Assembly (NCBI GenBank): GCA_002633005.1
Contig: NMRA01000074.1
Location: 835,097-899,096, forward strand
Length of the DNA: 64,000 nucleotides
Direction of reading: 5' to 3'
Origin: Phoronis australis
Taxonomy: Eukaryota > Animalia > Phoronida
Shown here piece by piece: positions 1 through 14,114 of the stretch; the first letter of the stretch is position 1, and each line of letters begins with the position of its first letter. The notes under the pieces were generated by a model. That model was given only the letters and a program-made list of their open reading frames with translations, had not been told where the DNA came from and ran no database searches. Position numbers and translations under genes: made by a program.

Positions 1-3000
1 AAAAATTGCCGAGAAATCGTTGGTTCTGAGGTCGTACATCATGATTCTTACATGCTAATCCCAATACGAGCAAAAACTACAAAAATAAAATTAATCAATG
101 GGATTGTCTTTGATTTGATAACTACAACATTCGATTAAAACTCAACCAGGCAGACAAAAGGAAAATCTCGAGAAATCTCGGATCGCAAGCTCTAACACTA
201 GAATGCAGACACTCATGCATCAAATGCCTGTTTTCCTTTTTTACTACACTGTGGAGATTAAAACTTGCAGGAAGCCATTGCTGGAAGAACGGTTTATTGC
301 AAATAGCTTGTATCATATACATGTAGCGATCAGCTAGGTTAATACATATTAAATTATTTTCTAAGTTCACGCTCATTTCTTGAATACAAGGCTGATACTG
401 TAACTGAGGCTATTAGCAATTTGACACTTTGCAAAGTTACATTTTTCAGACACACGAGTGTTGACGACAACGGGCCTTTTTCACTATGTTAGGGTAAAAG
501 ATTTCTATTCTTCGGTAGTATCTCTTGTATAAACGACCACGTTATCACAAAAAGGTAACTTGAGCGGATTTATGAAGGCACTCTAATAAAATCAATTTAT
601 TATAGACTAACGGCACCAATCCATTCGACTAAACGACGTCCGTGTTCTATATAAGCGTATAAAACCGGGATTGTTTACGGAGATTGGGCATCAACACCAT
701 ATTAATCCTAAACAAACACAGATGAGTGTCGCTGTTTAAACAAGGTATTTAGACAGGTAGCTCTCTTCCCTGGCAACGAGCTTGTCTACAGTGCGGAATG
801 TTATCAGTTGTGACACAGACAGTGGACCGTTTTCTGGAGCATATATGCTGAGTCCTGAAGGTTTTGTGATGCACGCTGAAGGATAAGAAGCCCGAGAGTG
901 GTTCGAGACTGATAAAGTGGGGGTGGTTTTCGAAAAACAAACTCAAACTCTCAACTGCCGACTGCCAACTGTTGCCTGAGTTGTAGAGTTTTGATTGACG
1001 GCAATAGAAATCGACAGTAAGTGCATGAGAAAGTTATATTAGGAAGTTAACTTGTCAAGGAAGACTATATCGGAGGACTAGGACTCAACGTACGATGTAT
1101 GAGTGGATTTGGATAACGCTTGGGAAGATGACGTAACTGCCGTCACATTCATATCTCCTTCAGCGGGGACAAACGTTGTGGTCAGAAGGTTTGCGAAGAG
1201 TCTCGCGTCTGCAGCATGTGTCGTTGGGGTTGTACAACGATAAGTACGGTAAGTATATCAAACTATACTGGCAAATACTTATGAACCTAATTATAACTGC
1301 AATGAATCGTTGGGTCGTCAACTAGTGCTTCAAGCACCGTTATCTTAAACTGATACACAATTGACTCGACTGATGACCGCAACTTGACACAAGCCGCTGG
1401 ACTGTGTTTAAGCCGTCAACAAAATTGCTTGATCAATTAGTACTTTCTTGCTTTGCTTTCCCGGCCATTATGAGTTATGAATCCCTCTTATCAAATTAAA
1501 AAAATCCTATAACTCATTATACCCTAGCTGTTTTCTCCCCGCTTAATTAGTTTTCAATACCTTAGCAACAGTTGCCAGCAAGTTTGAAAGCGGAAACTCC
1601 TGGCGTGAGTTCCGTAGATGTCGGGATCTTGCGAAAACGCAACACGCACCTTAAGATTTCGCGAGATATCGTCATGCATACATCGTACATGTATGTAAAA
1701 CAAACAACCTGATCACAGATACAGCTAGTGCACTAGCTTCCTTAGCGAGATTTTATCGTTTACGAAACTCGAAACTTGGCAAATACCTGTAGCTACATAC
1801 ACCTTTAATCGCCGTAGTCCCACCCTCAAATTCAGTTTGTCGGGCGTTTTCATTGGTGCGCCGGACAACTTCATTAACAGGGTGCAACTCGGGGAGGTCA
1901 CACTTCCTCCACAATGAATAGCATCCCAGATAGGTGTTAGCAACCACTGGAGCGATGGTCCTGAATCTTCAGTTCAAGAGGTTACATTTGAGGAACGGTC
2001 ATGATGAAATTCGAATTTGTTTTGTGGGCAAATTGTTTACGTAGTCGTGTTCAATAGTCGCAATTACACTAATACCAAAGAAAAGGCAGAGACGCACAAA
2101 ATCGAGAATTGGAAATCAAACTCCAGCTTTTTGCTCCTATAGGGCACGTTTCATCGAAGTTGACATATCCGGTGGTAGCTAAGACGGTCGTAGGCACGTT
2201 ACAGTAAAGGTGACACTGGGTTCTTGTAAAAGCAAAACATATTCACTCATGTTGAAAGTTCTGCCTCACTTTTATAAACCATAGTAGTGAATGGTTTCCC
2301 AATAAAAATTGAGGTACCACCGTTATGGTCTGGGTTTACACAGATGAATAAACACTACACGTTTGCACATGTTGAGCTAATAGAACAATTTTACTTCGAA
2401 CTCGGAACTTCGAGTTCGAACGAATTTAGGCCATCCGGAGGACAGTTATTTTCCCCCGAGAACAGTTATCTTCCCCATGAGTACAGTTACCTTTCTCGTC
2501 GTTCACTGCTGCCATGTTCCTTTCTATTTCACTTCAAGATAGCTTAAAACCCGTTAATTGATACTACTGACAATGAGTTGAAATACCGATATAAAGATCG
2601 ACAAGCTGCGCGAAGTAAGATAGAAATCGTTCTTTACAGGTCCGACTCATCTCAGTACGTTTCATGAAAAATAGATTAAGACTTAAATTTGGTCTAATGG
2701 TCCACGCAACCATTTATGAGAAATAATTAAATCTAACTTGAGCCAAAACGAAAAGTCTCTGCTAGTTACTGTTTCTAAAATTATTTCTACACTAAGATGC
2801 GATCGTAACTCATGTTTTCAGTAATTGTGAAAGTGGGAGAGCACCTTAAATCAAATTTTTTGTCCTAAGTTCTAACTTACTTTTCACGAATCTGTACCAA
2901 AAGTGCGGTAGCGGCCACAGCAGAAGCCTTAGCGGAACTCTTTTCAAGTACTTAACTTTTATTAAATGGGTTCTGCTGCTGCCGGATTCCATTGAAGAGT

Positions 3001-3201
3001 CAAAATGATTCTATTTTTCCTCTCACTGTACTTATGATACGGAACAGTACTGTGATATCACATTTCTGTCCTTAGTCTTCACTTTTCATGAAGCAACCCA
3101 AGAAGTCCGTTAGCAGCCCAACCTTTCGAAAACTAGGTCAATTTTATAGTACCTCGGCAAAAGAGTTGATTTGGAATGGAGCTAAGTATAGGCGTACTCA
3201 C

Positions 3202-3362
3202 AGTTCTTCTTGTCCAGCGCTCGCCATTGATTATTATGTCAGGACCACAAGAAACATTCACGAGTTCCGCCTGCGAGGACACCCCATAAGAATGGTCTTC
3301 GGAGGCATTTACTCCAGAGTTCGAAGAGTTGAAGTCGCACTGGATGCCAGTAATGTTGGTCT
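3202..3362 (-). CDS. SRCR gene, downstream extracellular exon rich in N-glycosylation sequons
   Basis: ETNITGIQCDFNSSNSGVNASEDHSYGVSSQAELVNVSCGPDIIINGERWTRRT. Acceptor tttcag in phase 1 matches the previous exon, donor gtgagt. Sequons NIT, NSS, NAS, NVS. Confidence 0.7.
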
Positions 3363-4840
3363 CTGAAACCAGTTTTCGCCGATGATTTTTAAAGGCAAAT
3401 ATAAGGTAACGTGCAAGATGAGCGCAAACATCACACGTAATTTTCTTCTGGTGGGCTGGTTGCTGCTGACAGTATAAGTTAAGATATGGGACGACAAAAC
3501 AACGCTGCATAATGTAAACGAATGACAGTTTTTCATTGAATACCACCAGCGAACGCAAACTTCTCAAGTGACACCAACAGCTACGCTTGTAATGCATGAA
3601 AATATCTCGCATATTTACGCTTTTCTCGCAAGAACCTGGGTCTACAGAATGCAACCCAGGACCCTTTTCTAAACGGAAGTATGCAGATTATTAAGCACCG
3701 AGGGAGCGCCGACCCGGGTGCTTCGTGGAATGCATTTCGCGTTTAGTGGAGCAGTTTAGAAGAAAGACGCAAGACGCTTTCTTCAGTGGCAATGGAGGAT
3801 TGGTTGGTGCAAAACGAGGTTCAAGCATACCCCGTGTGAAAATCAAATGATACATTGATTGTACATTCCACAGTAAAACTCGCCTTCACACGTCGCCTGA
3901 CATTCACCGTGGCGACCGTGGTAAACAGACTCACAAGAAGGAAAACATCGCCGGTAGAGAACAGACGCATTCAACAATGTACAACCTCCCCGAAGGCGTA
4001 ACAAAAATCATCTTTTCCTCAACGGTACCAGTTTTTCATCCTTGTCCGCTTAATTTTCACACCTGGTGTTCATATTCTAGCAAAGCGAAAATGATTTCGT
4101 GGTTGAAATTATTGAGGTAAGCGACTACTGCACCCCGGTATGTAAAATGATTTACCTGTGTTAAGCAGCTGGGTTGCGTTTTCTTTGCTTGTAGCATTCT
4201 CTGCAATCATACGTAGACCTATGAACAGGTTTTACTACCAACACAATGAAAAAATCTGGTTGCAGTTAAGCCCTAGAAAAACGTTTCAACAACAAAAAAC
4301 GGAAGCACTGATTTGACCCGAAGAGTTTTCGAGTGTAGTTAACTTCTCCACTACTGTGTTGTGCATCAAACAATGCCTGTAAATGTCCATATTTTCCATT
4401 CACAATTACACATCTTCTGTTAGCCTAAAGTCAAGATACATGCATGGGGAAATTAACCTATTTCAACGTGACAGACCCATGGACGGCGCACCATAGGCAG
4501 CTGGAGGGGTTATAGCCCCCACTTTTTTCAGTGCTGCGCCGCCCATGGTCTATGGGGAGTGCACCGCAGGGGGGCTGGGGGACTATGGCCCACCCAATTT
4601 TTTCGGTGCTTGGTTTAATTTTTGGAGTTGAACCCTGTGTTTTGTTTGTTTTATCGGAGAGCCGTTCCATATTACACGTGGTAAGAGCATGGACTGAATG
4701 GAGTTCATTGAAAATGTTCACCACTTCCTACCTTCATTTATTTCACTTTAACTTTAGCGATTTCGGTTTGACATAACTAAAGTCAGGAAGCTCTTCCTGC
4801 GATAGTGCTGCATGGGACTTTAACTTTTCATCTTGCTTAC

Positions 4841-5019
4841 CACCAAAGCTTTCGCAGACGACCCCAGCAGCCTCCGATGGACCGCAGTTGTGCTGGTTCC
4901 AACCCATGTGGCCGCACTGATCCAGAGACCTCTCGTATCCTCTACACCGGACTTCCGTCATGCGGAATTGCCCATTTCCAGCACCGTAATAGGAACTGTT
5001 AACAGCTCGTACAGCAACA
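4841..5019 (-). CDS. SRCR domain 2, C-terminal half
   Basis: VAVRAVNSSYYGAGNGQFRMTEVRCRGYERSLDQCGHMGWNQHNCGPSEAAGVVC. Splice sites ctttag and gtaagc, 179 nt like exon 6716-6894. Confidence 0.95.
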
Positions 5020-5668
5020 CTAAAGACAAAAACAAGCTCCTTTAAAGCTTTGCAATCTGAGAAAACTAATTCGGCACAAGCCGTCATCACCCGTCATCTG
5101 ACGTAAAAATCTGTGGCTTTCGACATGTAGAGCTCCATTACAAAAATAATGTGTGGAAATTTGCTAGCCTTGCCAAATGGATTAGCTGGTTTTTACTGAT
5201 TTTTTAATCATCGTCGAACTTGCATGTAAATACGGACAGACGGTATTTATCAACGACGACACAACTGTGGCTTCTATTCACGATACTACTGTACAAATGT
5301 ATGTTTTTGGACCAAGTGAGACCACAAAAGGGGTATTCTCAGATGTTTGTCTACCATTGTTCGAGACCTTCCTTGATCACCGAGTTTTCCTGTTTCCTGA
5401 ATGAGGTCGAGAGTAAACATTGTGACGACAACAAGGCATTTACCCCGCGTCTGCAATGCATGGGAGACAATCAATGACCAATGCCGGCTATTGACGTGAG
5501 ATTGGAAATCCCAAGGTTTACTTCAAGTTCACAATATACGCCTTCGGATCACAACTGAGGTATGGGAAACGCCTTCAACTAGAGCGAATATTTATTTAGA
5601 ATTTTTGACCAGTCCTTATTATTTCGTCAAAATCGCCCACTATGCCGTGTTAAGGATTTCTTGAATTA

Positions 5669-5965
<297 letters not shown>

Positions 5966-6715
5966 TTATTTTGAAATTCGTCATTTCTAGTTCAACTTTT
6001 GTGCGAACTTAAAAGCTAAGCGTCTTTCATTCTGCGCTCGGGAAAATTATGGTTTGTGCAGGAGTTTCTAGCCCAAGTTCGCATTCGATGACCCTCAGAA
6101 ACTCAAATAAAACCTGGATATTTCTTGTAGACTCAAAATTTCTGACTCGGACTTTTAGTTTCAATGACGGGGTCATTACGTTCAAACAATTATCAAATGG
6201 TTCTCTGCATAAGCCATTGTATACTCGAGCATAAAATAGTAGTCTCTAAACTTGAATTCGCACAAAATAGAATGAAGATGCCAAAAATAAATTCGAGCTC
6301 GTCATCGAGTAAAAAGATTATTCCCGCTAACTGATCACACTGCATCCAAACTAAGCGACGGCATTTCAAATAGCAGCAAGCACACTTTGAACCAATTTGA
6401 AAAAACGAAGCTTTCAAAGAAATGGTAAATAATCGGCGGCTTTATTAGTCCACATGGCCATGCCATAAAGGTCTTTAATAGTAAAAACCTCTTGTGGCGC
6501 TTTTTATTGCACATCTTTCCAGATATCATTATTTTATGTTTACTTGTTATTTTACAATCATAATTCTGTATCGTTATCAGTCATAACAATTGACCTTTAT
6601 TTCGCCTATATACACAGTCTCCTTCTTATGTCTGGAAACAGAGCTTGCGACGCACCTATCATTTTCGGGACGTACTTCGAACAAAAATACTTTTCGTTAA
6701 ATTGTACGTGCTTAC

Positions 6716-6894
6716 TGTTGTTGTCGCAGACAACTCCTGCTGCTCTAGATTTCTCGCAGTATCTGTGATTGTTCCAGCCTCTGTGAGTGCATTTGTCGAG
6801 AGAACTCTCGTGTCCCTGACACCAAACGTCATACATGCGGAATTGTCCATTTCCGTAACCGTAAAACGACCCCGGAACAGCTTTAATAGCACCA
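6716..6894 (-). CDS. SRCR domain 1, C-terminal half
   Basis: GAIKAVPGSFYGYGNGQFRMYDVWCQGHESSLDKCTHRGWNNHRYCEKSRAAGVVC. Splice sites ttgtag and gtaagc, phase 2-1. Confidence 0.95.
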
Positions 6895-7259
6895 CTACAA
6901 GAATGAAGTACATAAGGTGGCCAAGACAGTAAAATCAAGCTGGTGTTGTAACCAGGTACATGTAGAGGCTTTTTAAAGCCTCAGGTCTAAGTAACACCGT
7001 CCCTATATAACGTGCCAATCATAACTTTAAGACCTGCCGTTAAGTGCTGCCCCAAGCTGTCTTAGGTCGACGCAACTCCCAAGACCCCATCCCGAACCCC
7101 ACCAGCAGATTATTTGTATTCAGAGACCCAGGCACTATATAGTGGCATAATGGAATGGGGAAACGTGCTACCCAAAACAGTGGGAACGTAACATGACTGC
7201 CGGCTAGCTAAAATGTTTAAAAAGTAGCCTTGCCTTTCTTTGAATGGCCAGTTCTATTA

Positions 7260-7457
<198 letters not shown>

Positions 7458-8110
7458 CTATTGAAATCATCTTTGGACAAGTTAAACCGACAATGCAAAA
7501 CCTTAGTGTGAGACAGATCCAGTTAATGCATAAAGATCTATAATTTTGGATGAATGACTATCTAACGTCTTCACAGCAACATTTTTTTTGTCTTGATAGG
7601 GTACACATCTTTTGAACAATTATTTTCCTGCCGCTTATGTAGTCATTTCTGTAACCTCTCTTGTGCATTTCCTTTTTTATGTTACTAGTACACCCTATTT
7701 TTCGCATTTTGGTAACACTCTTGGTTTTTGAAATTGAAAAAAAATATTTTTGAATCTGTCAGGTATGCGAAGGAATATTTATGCATTAAATTAACCTAAT
7801 TTTGCTTTTGTTAAAATCATACATCATCAATGATGAAGGGCTTTCTAATTACATGACTCTTTTATGTTTCGTTTGAAAAACGGCGGAGTTGCGAACACCG
7901 GAACAAATAAATGGAAAAATGCCACGCATGCGCTGTGCAACCTCAACAGCGCGTGATCGAAGTTGGCATTTCAGGTTTTAAATGTTCTTACTAACCATCC
8001 TCCCGTGTACTCACGTGTGTTGTTTTGCTTTCAAAATCTGTGGATTACTCCGTTTTATTCAAAACAAACTAAATTGTTTTTAACACAGGTGCGGTATATC
8101 TTTTACTTAC

Positions 8111-8158
8111 CATCTGCTTTTGACGACTCGTTCAATGACTGTGCAGTAGCAGACGATT
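8111..8158 (-). CDS. SRCR gene, short linker exon (SSATAQSLNESSKAD)
   Basis: Acceptor ttttattctag, donor gtaagt, 48 nt, phase 1-1, compatible with the following SRCR exon. Confidence 0.6.
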
Positions 8159-8698
8159 CTAGAATAAAAATTATTTCGCAATAAAACAATGTTGATTTTT
8201 ATAGGAGACGTCGTGCAATCACGCCGATAATGTGTGCTTATTGGTGGATAAGAAAATACTCGTGTTATAAACGAGTTCTGATCAGACACGTTACAAATTA
8301 CCGGTGACATCATATACTGTATCAATGGACGAGTGGGTAACAAATGCTCAATCCAGATGAATGCGAAAATATAGGATCCGTTTTTAAAATCAGTAGGCAT
8401 TAATAGTTCTGTTGCTTAGTCAAAGTATTCCATCGAAATTAGAACCTCGGTGTAAAACACTGAGATACAGTGTATTTCGGAGTCGAAAACAGACTGTCCC
8501 ACCCTCAAAACAGCTAATTATCCCGAAAAACACGAATCCGACCTTTAAAACAGGAAGTCCGCGGATCGTACCTGACACCCGGGAACCGAAACACCACCCC
8601 TCAACTTCTTGTCAAACATTGTTTATCTCAAGAAAATAGTACACGTACATGTACCTTAAAACATGAATCGATGTATGTTATGGCACTTTCGCTACCAG

Positions 8699-9053
8699 TA
8701 TAATATGCAGAAAGTTATGAGTCGGTACTGAAGTTGCTTGAGATGAAATGCCAACGTTTCGCCTTTTCGACTTGAGGAGTAGGTCGGACTCGAGGAAATC
8801 GGCGGCAGACTTTGGTCAGAATCCTTTCCCAGGTATATGATTGAGGTTGAAAATCCACCTTTGAACCGAAGAGGAGGCTTGTGATTCAACCTATCAAGCA
8901 CAGGATTCTGACTAAACTTCTCCCGGCGAATTTCTCATCTCCGACCTAATCCACCAAAGGTTGCACAGGTTTGAAAAAGCCAGCAGACGCAGGAGAAACG
9001 TTGCCATTTCATCTCAAGTACGTTCAGTGACGGCTCAATTTCTGTATAATATA
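8699..9053. mobile_element. Palindromic MITE (~350 bp)
   Basis: Left arm cttgagatgaaatgccaacgtttcgcct mirrors right arm aggagaaacgttgccatttcatctcaag. Inner arms aggtcgga...gtcagaatcct and aggattctgac...tccgacct also pair. Confidence 0.8.
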
Positions 9054-10169
9054 GTACCTTAGTACCTTTAAAGTGCTTTGTGTTCATACGGCAGGTATCA
9101 GGTTCAAATATTGATGAAAAATAAATCTCCCTACTTTAAATATCTTGTTTTACTACATGAGAATTATGGACAATTTATGACCGATTGGCGTTCTGCCGTA
9201 ATTTTGCTGCTGAAGCAACTGTGGTGCGATCTTTTGCGCTGGCTTTCGGGCGCTACGGAATATTGCGTCACCAGTTTCTTTTTCCCAATTCTTCCATCAA
9301 CTGTTCTCCTTTCACGAGGTTGCGTACATGTCACAACAAATTATCGTAACTGGTTTCATTTCGTTACAAGTTTTTAGTATCTAATTACCAGGAAATTGAA
9401 TTTCAGAACAAGTTTTGCAGCAATGATCCGCCAAAACAGTGTGAATACTTTGAGTTCAGAAATTCCAATTCCAGATTCCCTTTTAATGGTTGTTGAGGAG
9501 TTGAAGAACAATTTTGGGGGGAAAGAACAGTGAAGTTGGTGACGGTGTAGGTCTTTTGAGTGAATAATTCTCGCAGTTCATTTCAAAATCCGAAAAAATT
9601 GATTGTGCTGGAAATAATGTACTCTCGTCCAGTAAATCGACAAACCCTAAAATGGGAACAATTGCAAAGATAATTAAATTAATTAATCAACAATGGCACT
9701 CGAAAGTCGAAATAACATTTCTGTTTTTAATTGTGGAAAATATTTTGTGGAAACTTTTGAATAAACTGAAATTAACTGAGTATTCAACCAGAACACAATG
9801 TGTTGAGAGTACAGATTTTGTTGAATTTCACCCACAGACGAGTTGCACGAGATTTTACCGATGAAAATCAAATGACAATATATAACATAAGTTACGTTTT
9901 ATTATTGATAATTTTTACCAAAAATGAAGAGAACAATTAGAAAGTATTTAAAATGCTTTAACTCAAAGTTTCAGGCTACTAAATTTGTCTCATTTATCAT
10001 ACAATTTAAAATTGTCTCCTGTTCAATCCGCGGATTCACTGTTCTACATGTACAGTGTAAAGGTCGGGGTTCGTGTTTTACGTGCTGCTTAGCTGTTTGA
10101 AATTGCGGGAGCTTGTTTTCGACTCAGCGATTTCTGTTTCACACCGGAATTCCAATGTCGATGGAATAC

Positions 10170-10258
10170 CCTGTTAGTGCCGACTTTAGTCCCAATGAGA
10201 CAGAAATAAATTTAAACGCAACAACAAAAGTAAAACAAAATGAGTCGAAGGAATACAT
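10170..10258 (-). CDS. Tentative first (signal-peptide) exon of the SRCR gene, MYSFDSFCFTFVVAFKFISVSLGLKSALT
   Basis: ATG followed by a hydrophobic stretch, upstream of the SRCR exons, with a GTATTC donor. It ends in phase 2 while the next confident exon starts in phase 1, so another exon or a different donor is needed. Confidence 0.3.
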
Positions 10259-12051
10259 TGTAGCAATTTTTTGTTATAATAACCGCATTTCAATGCTGCT
10301 TTAAAGGTTACTAAACTACGATAACGGTGGTTTCACGTTTCCACATAAAGTGAATGTCACCCCAACAAAAGTTCAGCTCTACTCTGAGAAGGCCTTGATT
10401 TCATCAGGTAACCCCACATACGTTGTCGAGGACAGGTTGAAACCCAAAACCACGGGCCTATTTATATTCATAAACAGGTTTAACTGAACAAGTCAGAACG
10501 ATCCCAATTTTCCACCTTGTCACGTCTGCGGTAATCCACTGCATCAATCTTACACTGTTCTTGTAACTGGTGCCGCAGTTTTGATTCTCAAATGTAACAC
10601 ATTTCCAGTTCCCTTTCTCTCATATTAGTGCTCTTGAAATACTTAGAAGCACACCCAGCCTAAAAATGGGGGGGGGGGCAAGTTTTTGAGAATGTGGACC
10701 TTTTACTAAAAAAAGGAGCAAGTCCAGAACTATAAATTGTGCTTTCGCCGAATTTTGGTAGTTCCTGCCTTTTTATTGGACTTCTGTCTCGTTTTCTACT
10801 TTTTCGGACATTTTGTTTTTTCTGAGGCGGACCTTTTTGCCCACTTCGCTAAATGGGGGTGCGCGCATGAAGCATTAGTGCGTTGAGAAATGGTTCAATG
10901 GTAGGTCACGAAGCAAGACTTTTGAGATTTATCAGCTGGTAGGAATATTGTTTTTTTCTTACCATTAACTGTCGTGGTTTCATGGAATGATTGCGTGACA
11001 CTGTCAGATGATACTGAAAAATAGACGGGTGTAATCTGATTTAGTAATAGAGAATCCTTCCAGATAAATCTCTCAGAAAGCGCATGATTTCTAAATACGT
11101 TGGTCCTAACGGACACATCGTTGTCGGTGCATGAAATTTGCTGGCCACTCGCAGTTGCAGATCATATTAGCAAGGCGTTTAGTTTTGGACAATAATACAG
11201 GGAAAGGCCAATATGTGCAACCACTCTAACGAGTCCTAGTAAACTAAGTTTACTTGCCATTTAAACTTTTTTCTGTCGTGGAGGTAGCACATTTCATTGC
11301 AAGGCTTACTTTTCATAATGTCAGACACATGGTACGATCAATACAATACGCATTCAGCAACCAATACTTCCCTTTTTCAATTTTCTTGCTGTCAACTTTG
11401 CAACCCCAAAATGTAACGATACAAGTTAATCGGCATTGGAATGATGAGCTACGTCATAACCAATAAGCAAAACATTGACTAGTAAAGCTACATATGAAGA
11501 AGCAGGATACAATGTAAGTAAATGACACTGCTGCGGTGGGTAAATAAATTTGAATGGGAGTGGTGCTGTTCTATTTCAGGACGGGTCCACGACAAACAAA
11601 GCTGAGCCCTCATTCCCTCGACTTTGGGGCCGAACACCGGCCCTATTTCCCTTGGAAAAAATATTGAAAAATCACGCGAAATTCCCCTCAAGAGTGATTG
11701 AAAAATTACTTTCGAGGTTCGAATAACTTGTAGCCCACACAGCTGATAATTTGAAATTGCACAAAAAATAAGTTTTGGCTACTTGAGGAAGAGCCCATGA
11801 GGGTTTGCAACAGGGGTGGGAGTGCCACTGATGGTGATTGGGGGCTAGATTTTTCCGCTCACTCTAAAAAAACCCCCTTTCAGAAGGAACAGGCACATTT
11901 CCTCTCAGGTGATCGAGGACCCTGCAAAGTGTTGATATTTGACAAACCGAAAAGTCGACTTAATTGTTATCGATGTGACAATATGATAAGAAGACTAACA
12001 GGGTAAGCGTCAGTTCAATGAATTGCTTACTTGCACTGCGTGTCATCATCA

Positions 12052-12350
12052 AGTAACAACAGAGGGCGATCAATGGTTGACTTGTCTGAACTGGACTCAT
12101 GGCTCCTTGGGTTTAAGGTTATGTAGGACCCTAGAAAAATGTCCAAATTCGGATATGTTTGAAACATCATATCTCAGAAATATCTGATCGATTCATATCC
12201 ATCTTTCAGACAATATACTTTATAAACTGTCCTTCAAACATAAAAACGATTTTCGGGAAAATTATGTTACTTAAAAACTATAACGACAAAATATTTTAGA
12301 AAATTGTAAGAGCATTTTGAGACCTGGTATTGAACATTCATATCTCATAA
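12052..12350. mobile_element. End fragment of a DNA transposon, related in inverted orientation to 33250-33570
   Basis: ttaaggttatgtaggaccctagaaaaatg...catatctcagaaa...tgatc matches the reverse complement of gatca...tttctgagatatg...catttttctagggtcttaaatagcc. Confidence 0.6.
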
Positions 12351-14009
12351 AATTTGACACTGTTATTGAAACCGTTGTTTCGTTTTCAATCTACCTTTCT
12401 TATTTGCTATACTAAATTGATATAAGGACACGTAACCGATTGATGGCAGATTGGTAAAAGATAAAAACCAGGCTCTTTAGTTCACTGACTTCTACTGAGT
12501 TAAAAACTTTCAAATTATAGATTTGTCAATAAAATCATACTATACACCTGTACATGTATGTAGCTCTATAAAAGAAACATTGGTAAACAATCCAGAGATA
12601 AAGGGATATTGAAAACTACGACAATCTAATACGAAATAACGATTCGTACAATAAATACAATATCAACATATTTGATGTCACCGACACTAAAAATTGATGG
12701 CGACAGGCAAAATTGTGGACTGTCGATGTGGCAAGTTAACTGAGAGGCGAAGGTGCTTACTAAAATATAAACATGTCTCACGAGATACTTATATTTGTAT
12801 ATATAAATACGTTTATATTTGACTTCCCAGAGTTCCAGTGTTCTATTGATACATGTGTACAGTTGTACATGTATGTGCTAAACCGTAATACCACGATCAG
12901 AACAACTCGCGATTGAGTCAAACTTTGATCCACGCTGAATTCACCGTTCTTGTAACATTTTCTGCAGTTAGATTTTCCAATTTGAAACAATCACTTGTCT
13001 CGTCTTCGTTTTGAAAGTAATCGGCGTTTTGCATTGTGTTCAATTTCAGAATCATATAGTTCGAAGCTGCGCTGTACACCGATGCATAAACATCGATCCA
13101 CAAATTTATCTACATACAATAACATTAAAATTATCATCAAAATCACAGAGTAGAACACTACATATATTTATATTTATATATATACTCACCTCAGTGTGGG
13201 GTCTTTCCGAATGACAGATTGGACACAAACCAGTTGTTGAAAACGTCATTCGAGCCTGTGTACATCCAACTATTACGCAGTGTTGACCGGTTCAACGACA
13301 AGGTCTACACGCCATGCACGTGAGCGGCATAGTTTCAGGAAGGGCAATTTGCAAGTAAATACGTTCACATAATGCACCATTTCTCAATATGTTTTGTAAT
13401 CCGGCCACGGTAACCCTTTTAAACGAGGTACTATTCCTCCTCGTGGGTATGGACAAATCTTTACAAATATTAATTGTGCATTAAAGGTTAAACATGTTTT
13501 AAAAAATAATGCGTATCTGAATTATCATGACAAAAGTTGTGTACAGCCACACGTCAACAGTCTCGCAACAAAGGTTGGTTTCGAAAAGGTAATACTTGGG
13601 CCTACTTGTCAGAAGATATTATAGCAGTCACTCCCAAACTTCTTGGTAACTGAAAACTCCAAGGAAAGACGGACGTCTAGCGTCATGTTGCCTATATTCG
13701 CAATTTGCCCAGCGAACAGTAGTAAAGCAAAACTATTCCAACCCCCCAATTCAACTTTCGTCATGGATACGGTAATATTTAAAGACCAGCTACATGAATT
13801 GTGTTGCGCGAAAAATGTTTGTAAATGACCAACTTTTCTCAAGGAAATAAATTTGCATACAAGGTCAGCAATGTTCATTCCGATATGCCTTGCATCTATT
13901 GTTTTATGTTAAATGTTTTATAAACAGCGCCTTCCGTCTAAACAGTTTTGACACCAGATCATTGTTGATACATGCATACATGTACATGTATATCGGGCTT
14001 TAATTTCAG

Positions 14010-14114
14010 ACCTACATGTGCAAGTGGTGTGGTACGCGTTACTGCAAGGAATGCTTGAGGGGGGACTTCACTGGAGTGATGGCTGAGTCAAGCAAATGTA
14101 GAATGTGCAATCAG
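14010..14114 (+). CDS. Exon of a small Cys-rich (zinc-finger-like) uncharacterised protein
   Basis: Acceptor aatttcag, donor gtaagg, phase 0-0. TYMCKWCGTRYCKECLRGDFTGVMAESSKCRMCNQ has three CxxC pairs. Confidence 0.75.

Noticed and set aside
2394-2495. Small hairpin ttcgaactcg...cgagttcgaa and three ~21-bp acagtta repeats
   Set aside because: Short, probably a remnant of a transposon end, with no support for function.
8573-8620. Alternative first exon for the SRCR gene (MFDKKLRGGVSVPGCQ)
   Set aside because: Phase 0 is incompatible with the next phase-1 exon and it has no signal-peptide character.
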